A stretch of DNA of 64,000 bases from Acutalibacteraceae bacterium (lineage in GTDB: Bacteria > Bacillota > Clostridia > Oscillospirales > Acutalibacteraceae). The position numbers and the translations under genes were made by a program. Positions 18,038-27,717 of this stretch are shown here, piece by piece. The notes under the pieces are model-generated. The model was not told the DNA's origin. It worked only from the letters and a program-made list of their open reading frames with translations, and did not search any database. Location of the stretch: positions 16,080-80,079 of the forward strand of contig JAZUDZ010000040.1 of NCBI GenBank assembly GCA_045639905.1. The letters are read 5' to 3'. Position 1 is the stretch's first letter. The number at the start of each line of letters is the position of its first letter.

Positions 18038-18075
18038 ATATATAAAAGAATGATTCACTAAGGAGAGTACACACT

Positions 18076-21000
18076 ATGACTAAGGGAAACAAAGCCGCTT
18101 TTTTGAGCAAGATGCTTGGCGTGCTGATTTTCTTCGGAGCGATTTTCTATTCCGTTTATTCGCTCACGGCAAAGGGATCAGAGCTGGCTACGGAAGCTCA
18201 GCAGCTTATTTATCCGATCGGATTTGCCGCACTGGTTGCGGGACTGGCTGCCGTCTGGCTGATTAAACAACTCGGACTGCTTGGAGAGGATCAACCGTAT
18301 TCCAAGTTCTATTTCCCCGTTTTTTCCGCCTTGCTGGCACTGGTTTGCATGAGTCTGGCGTATACCTATCTTGGTATGTGGCCGGTGGGAACCAAGAGCG
18401 CCATGCTGGTTGATATGCATCACCAGTACGCGCCGCTTCTCGCACAGCTTCGGGACACCCTGCTTCACGGAGACAGCCTGCTGTATTCCTTTGACCTGGG
18501 TCTCGGTGCCAGTTATCTGCCGCTTGCCGGTTATTATTTGGCGAGTCCGCTGAACTTTATTTTGCTGTTGTTCCCCGCCAATCTTTTGGATACGGCCATT
18601 TTGGTCATCACACTGATCAAAAACTGCCTGTGCGCCTTTACCTTTGCCATTGCCGTTCAGTATATCTACGGCAAACGCAGTTATGCCATCCCGGCGGTTT
18701 CCATCATGTATTCCATGATGATGTACATGATTTCCTATTCCTGGAACCTCATGTGGCTGGATGTTGTCATGATGCTGCCTTTGGCGGTCATGGGCTTTGA
18801 GATGATGATGCGGGAGAAAAAACCCCTCTTGTATGTTCTTTCGCTGGCCTATGCTTTGTTTACCAACTACTATATCGCGTTTATGCTTTGCGTGTTTCTC
18901 GTGTTGTACTACTTCTTTTATATGTTCCGTGAGCATCATACCGTGAAAGAAATGACCGGTTCTTTCCTGAACTTCGGTTTCTTCTCCGTTCTGGCGGCCA
19001 TGCTGGCCGGTATTATGGTGGTGCCGATTGCCCTGTCTCTCGGCGATACATCGGCTGCCGGCGGCGGACTGAATGCCACATGGAACACCAACTTCGATTT
19101 ATGGGATTTGCTCGGACGTCATTTGTATGATGTGGAGCCCACCATTCGTTCCGGAAATCTTCCGAACATTTATTGCGGTATTTTGACGGTCGTTCTGGTT
19201 CCGTTGTTCCTGACGAACAAAGCCATCAGCCCCCGCCGTCGCGGTGGACTCGGCGGATTGTTTGCCGTTATGGCAGCCAGTCTGGTCGTAAACAACCTGG
19301 ATTTGATGTGGCATGGTCTGCATGCCCCGAATGATTTACCGTATCGTTTCTCGTTCCTTTACAGTTTCGTGCTTTTGCTGATGGCTTATGAGGTGCTGAT
19401 TAACATCAAGGAAGTTACCGGCAAACAAATTGTCATGACAATCATCGGGCTGGTTGCCTATGTGATCGTGGAACAGAAATTCGGCGATGAAACGTACGAA
19501 TTCAAAACGCTGGGAATCAGTTTGGGCTTTGCGGTTTTGTATGCGATCGTTCTGACCGTTTTGCGCAGCAAGAAATTCGTCCATGATGCCGGGTATGCCC
19601 TGCTTTTGACGGTTGTTGTGGTGGAAATGGTTACCGGCACCGGAAAAACCCTGGTGCAGATGAACGGCAATGAGTATTTTACCCAGCACTTTGACTACAC
19701 CGATAACGCGATTACGAAAACCGTGACGTCCGCCGTGAATGAAATGGAGAAACTGGGTGACCAGGCTACGGACAACGGGTTCTATCGTGTGGAATTCCTG
19801 CCGAGACGGACCTGTACCGACACGGCACTCTTTGACTACAACGGCATTACGGTGTTTGCCTCCAGCAACAAGTATGAAGAAACCCGCTTTATGGGCGGTA
19901 TGGGGTATGCCGTTAACGGTGTTAACAGTTTCCTGTATCACTTCTTTACGCCGTTTGCCGACTCTATTTTGGGTCTTCGCTATGTGGCCATGACCGATGA
20001 GTTTACGGCTCCGTCGCAGCTCAATCAGAAAATGAATGTTTCGCTGGACGGAAACAAGTACACAATCTATGAGAACCGCGATGCATTGTCTTTGGGCTTT
20101 ATGGTGGACAATAACGTTCAGTTCTGGGCATATGATTACTATAACCCGGTGACCACCAACAACTCGCTCGCTTCGTCCATGAGCGGTATCGGCGGCGATA
20201 TATATGAATGCCAAACCGTGGTTGCCACCAGTGGTGACGGCTCGGTCAGCGGTTCTTACAGCGTATCGGTTCCAAACGGTACCAGCAACTACAAGGCGAC
20301 AATTACCGAGCCCGGACGCTATTATGTCTTTGTTGACTGCCGTGCAGCCAAGAATATCGGTGTTACCGCCAATTACACGTCCCGTTCGGACAGCGATTAT
20401 TGGAGCATGGGCGCCAATGAGCCCTACTTTATCGATGCCGGTCAGATGGAAGTCGGCGACGATGTGGATATTTCCATCAATTCGACCTCCAGCTGTGGCG
20501 GTAACGTGTTTGTATGCCGTTTGAACGAAGAAGTGTATGCAAACGTTATGAATCAGCTGAAGAGCAATCAAATGAAAGTGACAACCTTCACCGATACGAA
20601 AATTGCCGGTGATATTACCGCATCCAAAAACGGTATTTTGTATACATCCGTTCCGTACGATGCGGGGTGGACCGTTAAGGTCGACGGCAAGAAAGTGGAT
20701 ACCATGATGATCGGCAGCGCCATGCTCGGCATTGAGCTCGATGCCGGTATGCATAACATTACCATGACCTTCTGCCCCCGCGGCTTTGTGGTCGGTGTTA
20801 TTTGCACGGTTCTGGCCATTTTGATTCTGGTGCTTCTGGCTGTTTTGAAGAAACATCCGGAGTGGACCGAAGCCATCGGCAAGAAACTGAAATCCTTCCG
20901 CAAGAATCTCCGCAAGAAAAAAGCGGTTTCGAACTCGGAAGAACCTGTAAAAGCAGATGAAAAGGAAGAGGATTCCGATTTGGATGACCGCCCGCCGCTT

Positions 21001-21138
21001 GCCTCCAAGGCATCGGTTCCCGAGTTCTTGCAGGAGCCGCAGCAGGTGAACCTTGAACTCGGAACCAAAAAGAGCGAGGCGACCGAGAATCAGGCGGAAG
21101 AAACGACTGAAGAAAAGACGGGAGAGACCGAAGAATGA
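18076..21138 (+). CDS. yfhO: YfhO-family polytopic membrane glycosyltransferase with long acidic C-terminal tail
   Basis: 1020 aa. N-terminal half has ~13 TM helices, followed by a large extracytoplasmic domain, a terminal TM and a ~90-aa Glu/Lys-rich tail. The architecture is typical of YfhO. Confidence 0.8.
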   Translation: MTKGNKAAFLSKMLGVLIFFGAIFYSVYSLTAKGSELATEAQQLIYPIGFAALVAGLAAVWLIKQLGLLGEDQPYSKFYFPVFSALLALVCMSLAYTYLGMWPVGTKSAMLVDMHHQYAPLLAQLRDTLLHGDSLLYSFDLGLGASYLPLAGYYLASPLNFILLLFPANLLDTAILVITLIKNCLCAFTFAIAVQYIYGKRSYAIPAVSIMYSMMMYMISYSWNLMWLDVVMMLPLAVMGFEMMMREKKPLLYVLSLAYALFTNYYIAFMLCVFLVLYYFFYMFREHHTVKEMTGSFLNFGFFSVLAAMLAGIMVVPIALSLGDTSAAGGGLNATWNTNFDLWDLLGRHLYDVEPTIRSGNLPNIYCGILTVVLVPLFLTNKAISPRRRGGLGGLFAVMAASLVVNNLDLMWHGLHAPNDLPYRFSFLYSFVLLLMAYEVLINIKEVTGKQIVMTIIGLVAYVIVEQKFGDETYEFKTLGISLGFAVLYAIVLTVLRSKKFVHDAGYALLLTVVVVEMVTGTGKTLVQMNGNEYFTQHFDYTDNAITKTVTSAVNEMEKLGDQATDNGFYRVEFLPRRTCTDTALFDYNGITVFASSNKYEETRFMGGMGYAVNGVNSFLYHFFTPFADSILGLRYVAMTDEFTAPSQLNQKMNVSLDGNKYTIYENRDALSLGFMVDNNVQFWAYDYYNPVTTNNSLASSMSGIGGDIYECQTVVATSGDGSVSGSYSVSVPNGTSNYKATITEPGRYYVFVDCRAAKNIGVTANYTSRSDSDYWSMGANEPYFIDAGQMEVGDDVDISINSTSSCGGNVFVCRLNEEVYANVMNQLKSNQMKVTTFTDTKIAGDITASKNGILYTSVPYDAGWTVKVDGKKVDTMMIGSAMLGIELDAGMHNITMTFCPRGFVVGVICTVLAILILVLLAVLKKHPEWTEAIGKKLKSFRKNLRKKKAVSNSEEPVKADEKEEDSDLDDRPPLASKASVPEFLQEPQQVNLELGTKKSEATENQAEETTEEKTGETEE

Positions 21139-22070
21139 TTACCGTAATCATGCCGGTATATAACGAGGGTCCGTACATTTACGAGAACGTTCGTAAGACG
21201 GATGCCATTTTACAGGACGCGAATATCGACCATCGTTTCTTGCTTGTGGATGATGGCTCGAAGGACAAAACATGGGAGGAGCTTTGTCGGTTACACGATG
21301 ACTTCCCCTATGTGGAGACCATTCGCCTGTCTCGAAATTTCGGAAAAGAAGCGGCACTGTGTGCGGCTTTGGAAAATGCCACGGGCGATGCCGTGGTGGT
21401 GATGGATGCGGATTTGCAGCATCCGCCGAAGTATATTCCCGAGATGGTGGCAAAATGGCAAGAGGGATATGACGTGGTGGAATGTGTTAAGACGGCTCGT
21501 CAAAAAGAATCCCTGTTTAATCGCCTGTTTGCCAAACTGTTTTACAAAACATTCAAGGCCAGTACCGGTCTTGAAATTGATGCCGCTTCGGATTTTAAAC
21601 TGATTGACAGAGCGGCACTGGAAGCTTGGAAAAAACTTCCGGAGCATAACACGTTTTTCCGCGGACTTTCCGTGTGGGTCGGATTCAAACGGTATCAAAT
21701 GCCGTTTGAAGTGGCCGAGCGGGAAGGGGGAGAAACCAAGTGGACTTTCCGAAAACTGGTTAAGCTGGCGGTGGATTCCATTACGGCTTATACGACCGCA
21801 CCGCTTCTTGCCATTTTGTGGATCGGTGTCTTGATGTTCGGCGTGGCCATTGTGTTGGCCGCCATTACGCTGGTAAGATACTTTATTCCGGATTCCTCCG
21901 CTTCCGGTATTCCGACGGTTATTTTGCTGCTTCTGTTTATCGGCAGCTGCCTGATGATCAGTCTCAGCATTTTAGGGCTGTATGTGGCCCGCATTTACGA
22001 CGAGGTTAAGGGACGACCGCGGTATTTGATTATGGATTATCGCAAAGAGGATTCAAATGAAACACCGTAA
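21135..22070 (+). CDS. csbB: GT2 polyprenol-phosphate glycosyltransferase (CsbB/GtrB-like)
   Basis: ITVIMPVYNE, LLVDDGSKD and DADLQHPP motifs plus two C-terminal TM helices. ATGA overlap with yfhO. Confidence 0.8.
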   Translation: MITVIMPVYNEGPYIYENVRKTDAILQDANIDHRFLLVDDGSKDKTWEELCRLHDDFPYVETIRLSRNFGKEAALCAALENATGDAVVVMDADLQHPPKYIPEMVAKWQEGYDVVECVKTARQKESLFNRLFAKLFYKTFKASTGLEIDAASDFKLIDRAALEAWKKLPEHNTFFRGLSVWVGFKRYQMPFEVAEREGGETKWTFRKLVKLAVDSITAYTTAPLLAILWIGVLMFGVAIVLAAITLVRYFIPDSSASGIPTVILLLLFIGSCLMISLSILGLYVARIYDEVKGRPRYLIMDYRKEDSNETP

Positions 22071-23538
22071 GCGACTGGTATCGTTTTTGTGCCTGCTTTC
22101 TTTGCTTTTCTGTTTGTCGGCCTGTTCATCGAATGTGCCGCAAACGGAAACCTCGGAAGAATCACATGCGGAGACGACCAAGCCCGTAAAAGTGGTGCAA
22201 AAACAGGAAATACCGGGTCTTTGCTATGATGCCGGTCAGTCGTTGTCCCCGTATGTGGCGACTTCCCGGGTCAATTTACAATTGGTTCCGTTTCTCTATG
22301 AGGGGTTGTATACCATTACGGAAAACTGGGAAACAAAACCCTGTTTACTCGGCACCGTAAAGAAAAACAGTGCCACGCTTTGGACGATAACACTTCGGAA
22401 GGATGCCAAATTTTCCGGCGGAAAGGCGGTTAAGCCGTCCGACGTGGTGACATCTTTCCATCTGGCGGAAAAAAGCGATACCTATCGGTCGCTGGTCAGC
22501 TGTATTGATTCCGTTAAGGCAGAGAAGAATGCGCTTGTTGTTTCCTTTGCCTACGCAGCTCCCTGGCGGGAACGGGCACTGTCGTTTCCGATTGTCAGCG
22601 GAGAACAGGGTACGGGTCCCTATCGCTTTCAAAAGAAAGACCATACACTCGTAAAGAATCCGTATGCAAAAGAAGAACCGGCGATTCCGGTTTGGAGGCT
22701 CGAAAATGTCAGCCGCAGTTCCGAACAGCAATATGCGGCGGAGAGCCAAATGGTATCGCTGTATTTTACCGATTTGCAAAATCAAACGGCTCCCCAGACC
22801 ATTACAACGCTGGGAATGAAGCCGGTTACCATCCCGTATTTGGTGTATTTGGGAATTAACAGCGGAAGAACCGCGGGGAATTCTTTGACCATGCGGAAGG
22901 CATTCTCGGAAGCCATTTCTCAAACCGCCATTTGCGATGCCGCCGGGTTCGGCTACGGCGAGGTGGCCTCCGGAATATTCCCGCCGACCATGGAAGGGGT
23001 TTCCGACCTGGTGGGTTTTTCCCCGAATGCCCAGCCGTCGCTGGCCAAAACCCATTTTCAGGAAAAAGGATATTTGACCAAAAAGGGAGAAAAACTGAAG
23101 GTAACGCTGATTTGTCCAAAGGGCAATGCCTCTTTGGCAGCGGCTGCCAAAGAAGTGGCGTCGGAACTGAAAGAACTCGGGATTTCCGTATCTCTTCAAA
23201 ATCTGGACGCTCAAACCTATCGGTCTCGTCTGGCTTACGGCGATTATGATTTATACGTTGCCGAAGTTCGTCTGCCGAATACTCTCAGTCTGGATGCTCT
23301 TTTGACATCCGGCGGAAACGGGTCATACGGCGTAACGGCAAAAGGAAAGGAAGCCTATCTTTCTTTCCGGAAAGGCAGTTGTTCTGCCGAAGAGTTTCAC
23401 AAGGTATTTATGGGAGAAATCCCATTGATTCCCCTGTTCTGGAAACAGGGATTAGCGGTCCATTCACCGCAACTGACGGACTTTTCTTTGTCCGGAGCTT
23501 CAATTTTTCAAAATATTGCCGCATGGCAATGGAACTAG
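22057..23538 (+). CDS. Lipoprotein, ABC-type family-5 (peptide/nickel-like) substrate-binding protein, with no permease or ATPase nearby
   Basis: Lipobox LSAC. SBP_bac_5-like segment LWTITLRKDAKFSGGKAVKPSDVVTSF. 14-nt overlap with the GT2 gene. Confidence 0.65.
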   Translation: MKHRKRLVSFLCLLSLLFCLSACSSNVPQTETSEESHAETTKPVKVVQKQEIPGLCYDAGQSLSPYVATSRVNLQLVPFLYEGLYTITENWETKPCLLGTVKKNSATLWTITLRKDAKFSGGKAVKPSDVVTSFHLAEKSDTYRSLVSCIDSVKAEKNALVVSFAYAAPWRERALSFPIVSGEQGTGPYRFQKKDHTLVKNPYAKEEPAIPVWRLENVSRSSEQQYAAESQMVSLYFTDLQNQTAPQTITTLGMKPVTIPYLVYLGINSGRTAGNSLTMRKAFSEAISQTAICDAAGFGYGEVASGIFPPTMEGVSDLVGFSPNAQPSLAKTHFQEKGYLTKKGEKLKVTLICPKGNASLAAAAKEVASELKELGISVSLQNLDAQTYRSRLAYGDYDLYVAEVRLPNTLSLDALLTSGGNGSYGVTAKGKEAYLSFRKGSCSAEEFHKVFMGEIPLIPLFWKQGLAVHSPQLTDFSLSGASIFQNIAAWQWN

Positions 23539-23553
23539 AAAGGGGTCAACACA

Positions 23554-23907
23554 ATGATCACATTTGAAAATCATTTAGGCACCATTGAAGTCGCACAGGA
23601 ATATTTTTCCAATTTGATCGGTAATGCCGTGTCTTCCTGCTACGGAGTGGCCGGTATGATGAAAGCCGGTCCTCGTCAGAGCATTCGGTCGCTTCTCACA
23701 CGCAGAAGCTTCATGGATGACGGCATCCGTGTGCGCAGCGTTCACAACAAACTGGTTGTGGATTTGCACATTGAGGTGGTTTACGGCATGAATATTTCCG
23801 CCATCTCCAACAGCATTGTGAATAAGGTTCGTTATACCGTCGAAAAGGCAACGGGACTGGAAGTCCTTCGCGTCAATGTCTTTGTGGACGGCATGAAAGG
23901 TGAATAA
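23554..23907 (+). CDS. Asp23/Gls24-family alkaline shock protein
   Basis: 117 aa with the typical Asp23 pattern, in the conserved position upstream of yloV-recG. Confidence 0.85.
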   Translation: MITFENHLGTIEVAQEYFSNLIGNAVSSCYGVAGMMKAGPRQSIRSLLTRRSFMDDGIRVRSVHNKLVVDLHIEVVYGMNISAISNSIVNKVRYTVEKATGLEVLRVNVFVDGMKGE

Positions 23908-23942
23908 CCGAAATACGGGTATAACATAAGGAGGAAGTTCCA

Positions 23943-25604
23943 ATGATTACTGGAATTACCATGCGTGATGCCCTGATTTCGGCAGCTAACGCATTAAATG
24001 AACAGAAGCAGGCAGTTGATGCCTTGAATATTTTCCCGGTTCCGGACGGGGATACGGGATCCAATATGTCTATGACCATCAGTGCCGCCGGCCGTGAGCT
24101 GGCTCGCCTGAGCGATCCGACCGTGTCGGAAGCTGCGGATACGGCAGCTTCTGCGATGCTTCGCGGCGCCCGTGGAAACTCCGGCGTTATTTTGTCTTTG
24201 TTGTTCCGCGGCTTTTCCAAGGGACTTAAAGGAAAAAACGAAGCCGACGGATATGATTTGGCTCATGCTTTGGAAGCCGGTGTGAAAGCCGCTTACAAGG
24301 CCGTTATGAAGCCGGCGGAAGGTACAATTCTGACCGTTGCCCGTGAGGCAGCCGTAGCCGGTATTGCCGCCGCCGATGTGGACCGTGATCCCGTGACGGT
24401 TTGGGATGTAATCGTAACCGAAGCGAAAGCATCGCTGGCCAGAACACCGGATTTGTTGCCGGTGCTGAAAAAAGCCGGTGTCGTGGACGCCGGCGGTCAG
24501 GGATTCTGCATCGTCATCGAAGAGATGCTGCGTGTTATGAAAGGCGGTTCTGTGAAGGAGGGCTCTGCCGGTACGGCCGGTCCCGCCAAGCAGGTTTCCG
24601 CAGCGGGATCCTTTGAGACGGATATTAAGTTCGCCTATTGCACGGAGTTTATCGTCAGCCGTGAAAACACGGAAAAAGATCCTTTGGCTTTCCGTGCGTA
24701 TCTGGAATCGGTTGGTGACTGTGTCGTTATGGTCGATGACGATGACATTGTCAAGGTGCATGTTCATACCAACGACCCCGGTATGATTTTGCATCAGGCA
24801 ATTGAGTTCGGCCAGTTTGAAATGGTAAAAGTCGAAAACATGAAGATTCAGCATGCCAATGCCGGATGGGTGGAAGAGGAAGCCCCCGAGATGGAAAACA
24901 ATGTTCCGACTCCGGTGGATGCAACCGAACCGTATAGTTTTGTGGCTGTCGCCGCCGGTGACGGTGTCCGTCAGCTGTTCAGTGATCTCGGATGCGCCCA
25001 GGTTGTGTCCGGCGGTCAGACGATGAATCCGTCTACCGAAGATTTACTGAATGCCATTGAAGCCACTCCGGGCAAAATTGTCTATGTGCTGCCGAATAAC
25101 AAAAATATTATTTTGGCTGCCGAGCAGGCAATTCCGCTCAGTGACCGTGAAATTCACGTTGTTCCCACCAAAAACATCCCGCAGGGCGTATCGGCCATGC
25201 TGGCCTTTGACCCGGATGCCGAAGTGGAAGACAACTTAATCGCCATGAATCATGCGTATGACGAGATTTCCACCGGTTCCATTACCTTCGCCGCCCGAGA
25301 CAGCGAGTTTGACGGTAACACGATTCGTGAAAATCAAATTATGGCAATGGAAAACGGACAGATTACGATTGTGGAGAATGAATTGCAGCCGGCCCTTGTT
25401 AAGGTTGTCAAAAACATTTTGATGAAACGGAAAAAGGCCGGTCAGGACAGTTCTTTCTTAACGCTTATGTACGGTGAAGCCGTTTCGGAGGACGAGGCGG
25501 AATCCAACGAAAAAGCCTTGAAAGCCGAAATCGGAAACGATATTGAGATTACCAGTATTAACGGCGGACAACCTGTATACTACTACATTTTGTCGGTCGA
25601 ATAA
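23943..25604 (+). CDS. yloV: DAK2-domain fusion protein YloV
   Basis: PDGDTGSNM and RGNSGVI DAK2 motifs plus a DegV-like C-terminal half, 553 aa. Confidence 0.85.
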   Translation: MITGITMRDALISAANALNEQKQAVDALNIFPVPDGDTGSNMSMTISAAGRELARLSDPTVSEAADTAASAMLRGARGNSGVILSLLFRGFSKGLKGKNEADGYDLAHALEAGVKAAYKAVMKPAEGTILTVAREAAVAGIAAADVDRDPVTVWDVIVTEAKASLARTPDLLPVLKKAGVVDAGGQGFCIVIEEMLRVMKGGSVKEGSAGTAGPAKQVSAAGSFETDIKFAYCTEFIVSRENTEKDPLAFRAYLESVGDCVVMVDDDDIVKVHVHTNDPGMILHQAIEFGQFEMVKVENMKIQHANAGWVEEEAPEMENNVPTPVDATEPYSFVAVAAGDGVRQLFSDLGCAQVVSGGQTMNPSTEDLLNAIEATPGKIVYVLPNNKNIILAAEQAIPLSDREIHVVPTKNIPQGVSAMLAFDPDAEVEDNLIAMNHAYDEISTGSITFAARDSEFDGNTIRENQIMAMENGQITIVENELQPALVKVVKNILMKRKKAGQDSSFLTLMYGEAVSEDEAESNEKALKAEIGNDIEITSINGGQPVYYYILSVE

Positions 25605-25637
25605 TCAAGAAAAGTTTAGAAGAGGGAGGCTTGCGCA

Positions 25638-27695
25638 ATGCTGACATGGGATACGTCGATTCAGTATGTCAAAGGTGTCGGGGAAAAACGCGCGGCTCTC
25701 TTTGCTAAACTGGATATTTACACGGTGGAGGATTTGCTTAAGCATTTTCCCAGAGATTATGCGGATTGGGCGAATCCCTGTGACATTGATGAGGCACCTC
25801 TGGACGAGCCGTGCTGTTTGCGGGTTATTATCGCAACCGAACCGCGAGAGCACCGTGTGCGGCGGGGAATGGTACTGTACAAGTTCCGCGTCAGTGACGG
25901 GAAAACCACTATGCCGGTTACGTTGTTTAACGCAAAATACACAGCCAAAAATATTCACAAAGGCGACAGCTTTTTGCTTTACGGTAAGGTCAGTGGGGAT
26001 TTGCTGAATCGGTCTATGACGTCACCGCAAATGGAGCCGGATACGGGGGAAGAGCAACTGAAACCCATCTATCCCCTGACGGCCGGATTGACTTCCAAGG
26101 CGATTGAAAAAGTAATTCGTGCGGCCTTGGACGGACTGGGAGATACGGTCTATCAGGATTTCTTGCCGCAGTCCATACGGGCAAAATATGACTTACCGGA
26201 CAGAGCGACGGCCTTTCGGCAAATCCATTTTCCGGCAAACCGAAAAGAAGCAGAAAATGCCAGAAGAAGACTGGTGTTTGAGTCACTCCTGGTGCTGCAG
26301 CTGGGGCTGATGCGTATGAAGGACCGCGGTCACAGTACAACCGGGGTCAAACTGTCTGCGGATCATTCGGCGGAGTTTATGCCGCTGTTACCTTTTGAAA
26401 TGACGGGCGCTCAAAAGCGTGCCGTTTCTGAATGTATATCCGATATGCAAACCGGTAATGCCATGTGCCGGCTTCTGCAGGGGGATGTGGGAAGCGGTAA
26501 AACCGCCGTGGCTGCCGCCGTTATTCATTCCCTGGTCAGGGAAGGATATCAAGCCGCCTTGATGGCACCCACGGAAATTCTGGCCCATCAGCATGCGGAA
26601 ACATTCCGCAAGTTTTTGGAACCGGCAGGGATGCGCGTGGAGGTGCTGACGGCGTCCTGCAAGGCAGCGGAAAAACGAAGAATACTGGAAGGGTTGGCGG
26701 ACGGTTCAGTTCACCTGGTCGTCGGAACGCAGGCCCTTCTTTCCGACTCAACCGTGTTCCAAAACCTTGGACTGGTTGTGACGGACGAGCAGCATCGATT
26801 CGGTGTGCATCAGCGTGCAACGCTGGCCGCCAAAGGGGATAACCCGCATATGCTGGTTATGTCCGCGACTCCGATTCCCCGCACACTGGCGCTGATTTTG
26901 TATGGGGATCTGGATCTTTCCATTTTGGATGAATTGCCACCCGGGAGATTGCCGGTAAGGACCTATGCGGTTCGCACCGATATGAGAGACCGGATTTATG
27001 CATATATTCGTAAAAACGTCGATGCCGGTCGGCAGGCGTATATTGTATGTCCTTTGGTAGAAGAGGGCGAAGCCGCAGAAGAACTCGGTGATGACCGCGT
27101 GGCGGCGACAGAATATGTGGAAATGTTAAAAAAAGGGGCTTTATGTGGCTATTCCGTAGGTCTTTTGCATGGTAAAATGAAGCCCGCCGAAAAAGATGCC
27201 GTAATGACTGCTTTTTCGAAAGGTGATATTTCCATTTTGGTTTCTACCACGGTCATTGAGGTGGGTGTCGACGTTCCGAATGCCACCTTGATGGTGATTG
27301 AAAATGCCGATTTATTCGGACTGGCTCAGCTGCATCAGCTACGCGGACGCGTAGGACGCGGCGGATTTCAGTCGGATTGCATATTAATATCCGATTCCCG
27401 AGGGGAAGAGGCGTTCCGTCGACTCAAGGCCATGTGTGCCACGAATGACGGTTTCAGGATTGCGGACGAGGACCTGAAGATGCGTGGCCCCGGAGACTTT
27501 TTCGGAGCAAAACAGTCCGGTCTTCCCTCTATTAAGTTACTTCCGGGAGCAACGGATATGGGACTTTTAAGTCTCGCACAAGACGAAGCGGTTATGCTTC
27601 TGAAAAACAGAGCACTGCAGGACAGTGCCTATACGGCTTTGGCCAAAGAAGTAGACAAGTTGTTTGCTTCGGTCGGAGAGCACGGACTCAACTAA
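25638..27695 (+). CDS. recG: ATP-dependent DNA helicase RecG
   Basis: Wedge domain, Walker A GDVGSGKT, DEQHRFG, TATPIPRT and QLRGRVGRG motifs, 685 aa. Confidence 0.95.
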   Translation: MLTWDTSIQYVKGVGEKRAALFAKLDIYTVEDLLKHFPRDYADWANPCDIDEAPLDEPCCLRVIIATEPREHRVRRGMVLYKFRVSDGKTTMPVTLFNAKYTAKNIHKGDSFLLYGKVSGDLLNRSMTSPQMEPDTGEEQLKPIYPLTAGLTSKAIEKVIRAALDGLGDTVYQDFLPQSIRAKYDLPDRATAFRQIHFPANRKEAENARRRLVFESLLVLQLGLMRMKDRGHSTTGVKLSADHSAEFMPLLPFEMTGAQKRAVSECISDMQTGNAMCRLLQGDVGSGKTAVAAAVIHSLVREGYQAALMAPTEILAHQHAETFRKFLEPAGMRVEVLTASCKAAEKRRILEGLADGSVHLVVGTQALLSDSTVFQNLGLVVTDEQHRFGVHQRATLAAKGDNPHMLVMSATPIPRTLALILYGDLDLSILDELPPGRLPVRTYAVRTDMRDRIYAYIRKNVDAGRQAYIVCPLVEEGEAAEELGDDRVAATEYVEMLKKGALCGYSVGLLHGKMKPAEKDAVMTAFSKGDISILVSTTVIEVGVDVPNATLMVIENADLFGLAQLHQLRGRVGRGGFQSDCILISDSRGEEAFRRLKAMCATNDGFRIADEDLKMRGPGDFFGAKQSGLPSIKLLPGATDMGLLSLAQDEAVMLLKNRALQDSAYTALAKEVDKLFASVGEHGLN

Positions 27696-27717
27696 AAGAT
27701 AAGGAGGTGGAAAGCAT

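Noticed and set aside
19336-20856. 506-aa ORF antisense to yfhO. Similar long antisense ORFs occur at 13243-14124, 32785-33564, 43354-44394, 45692-46519, 53657-54589, 57480-58193 and 60776-61897.
   Set aside because: All are mirror-frame ORFs inside strongly supported genes. They have biased, unprotein-like sequences (Gly/His/Arg/Val runs) and no start-site signals. I treat them as codon-usage artefacts, not overprinted genes.
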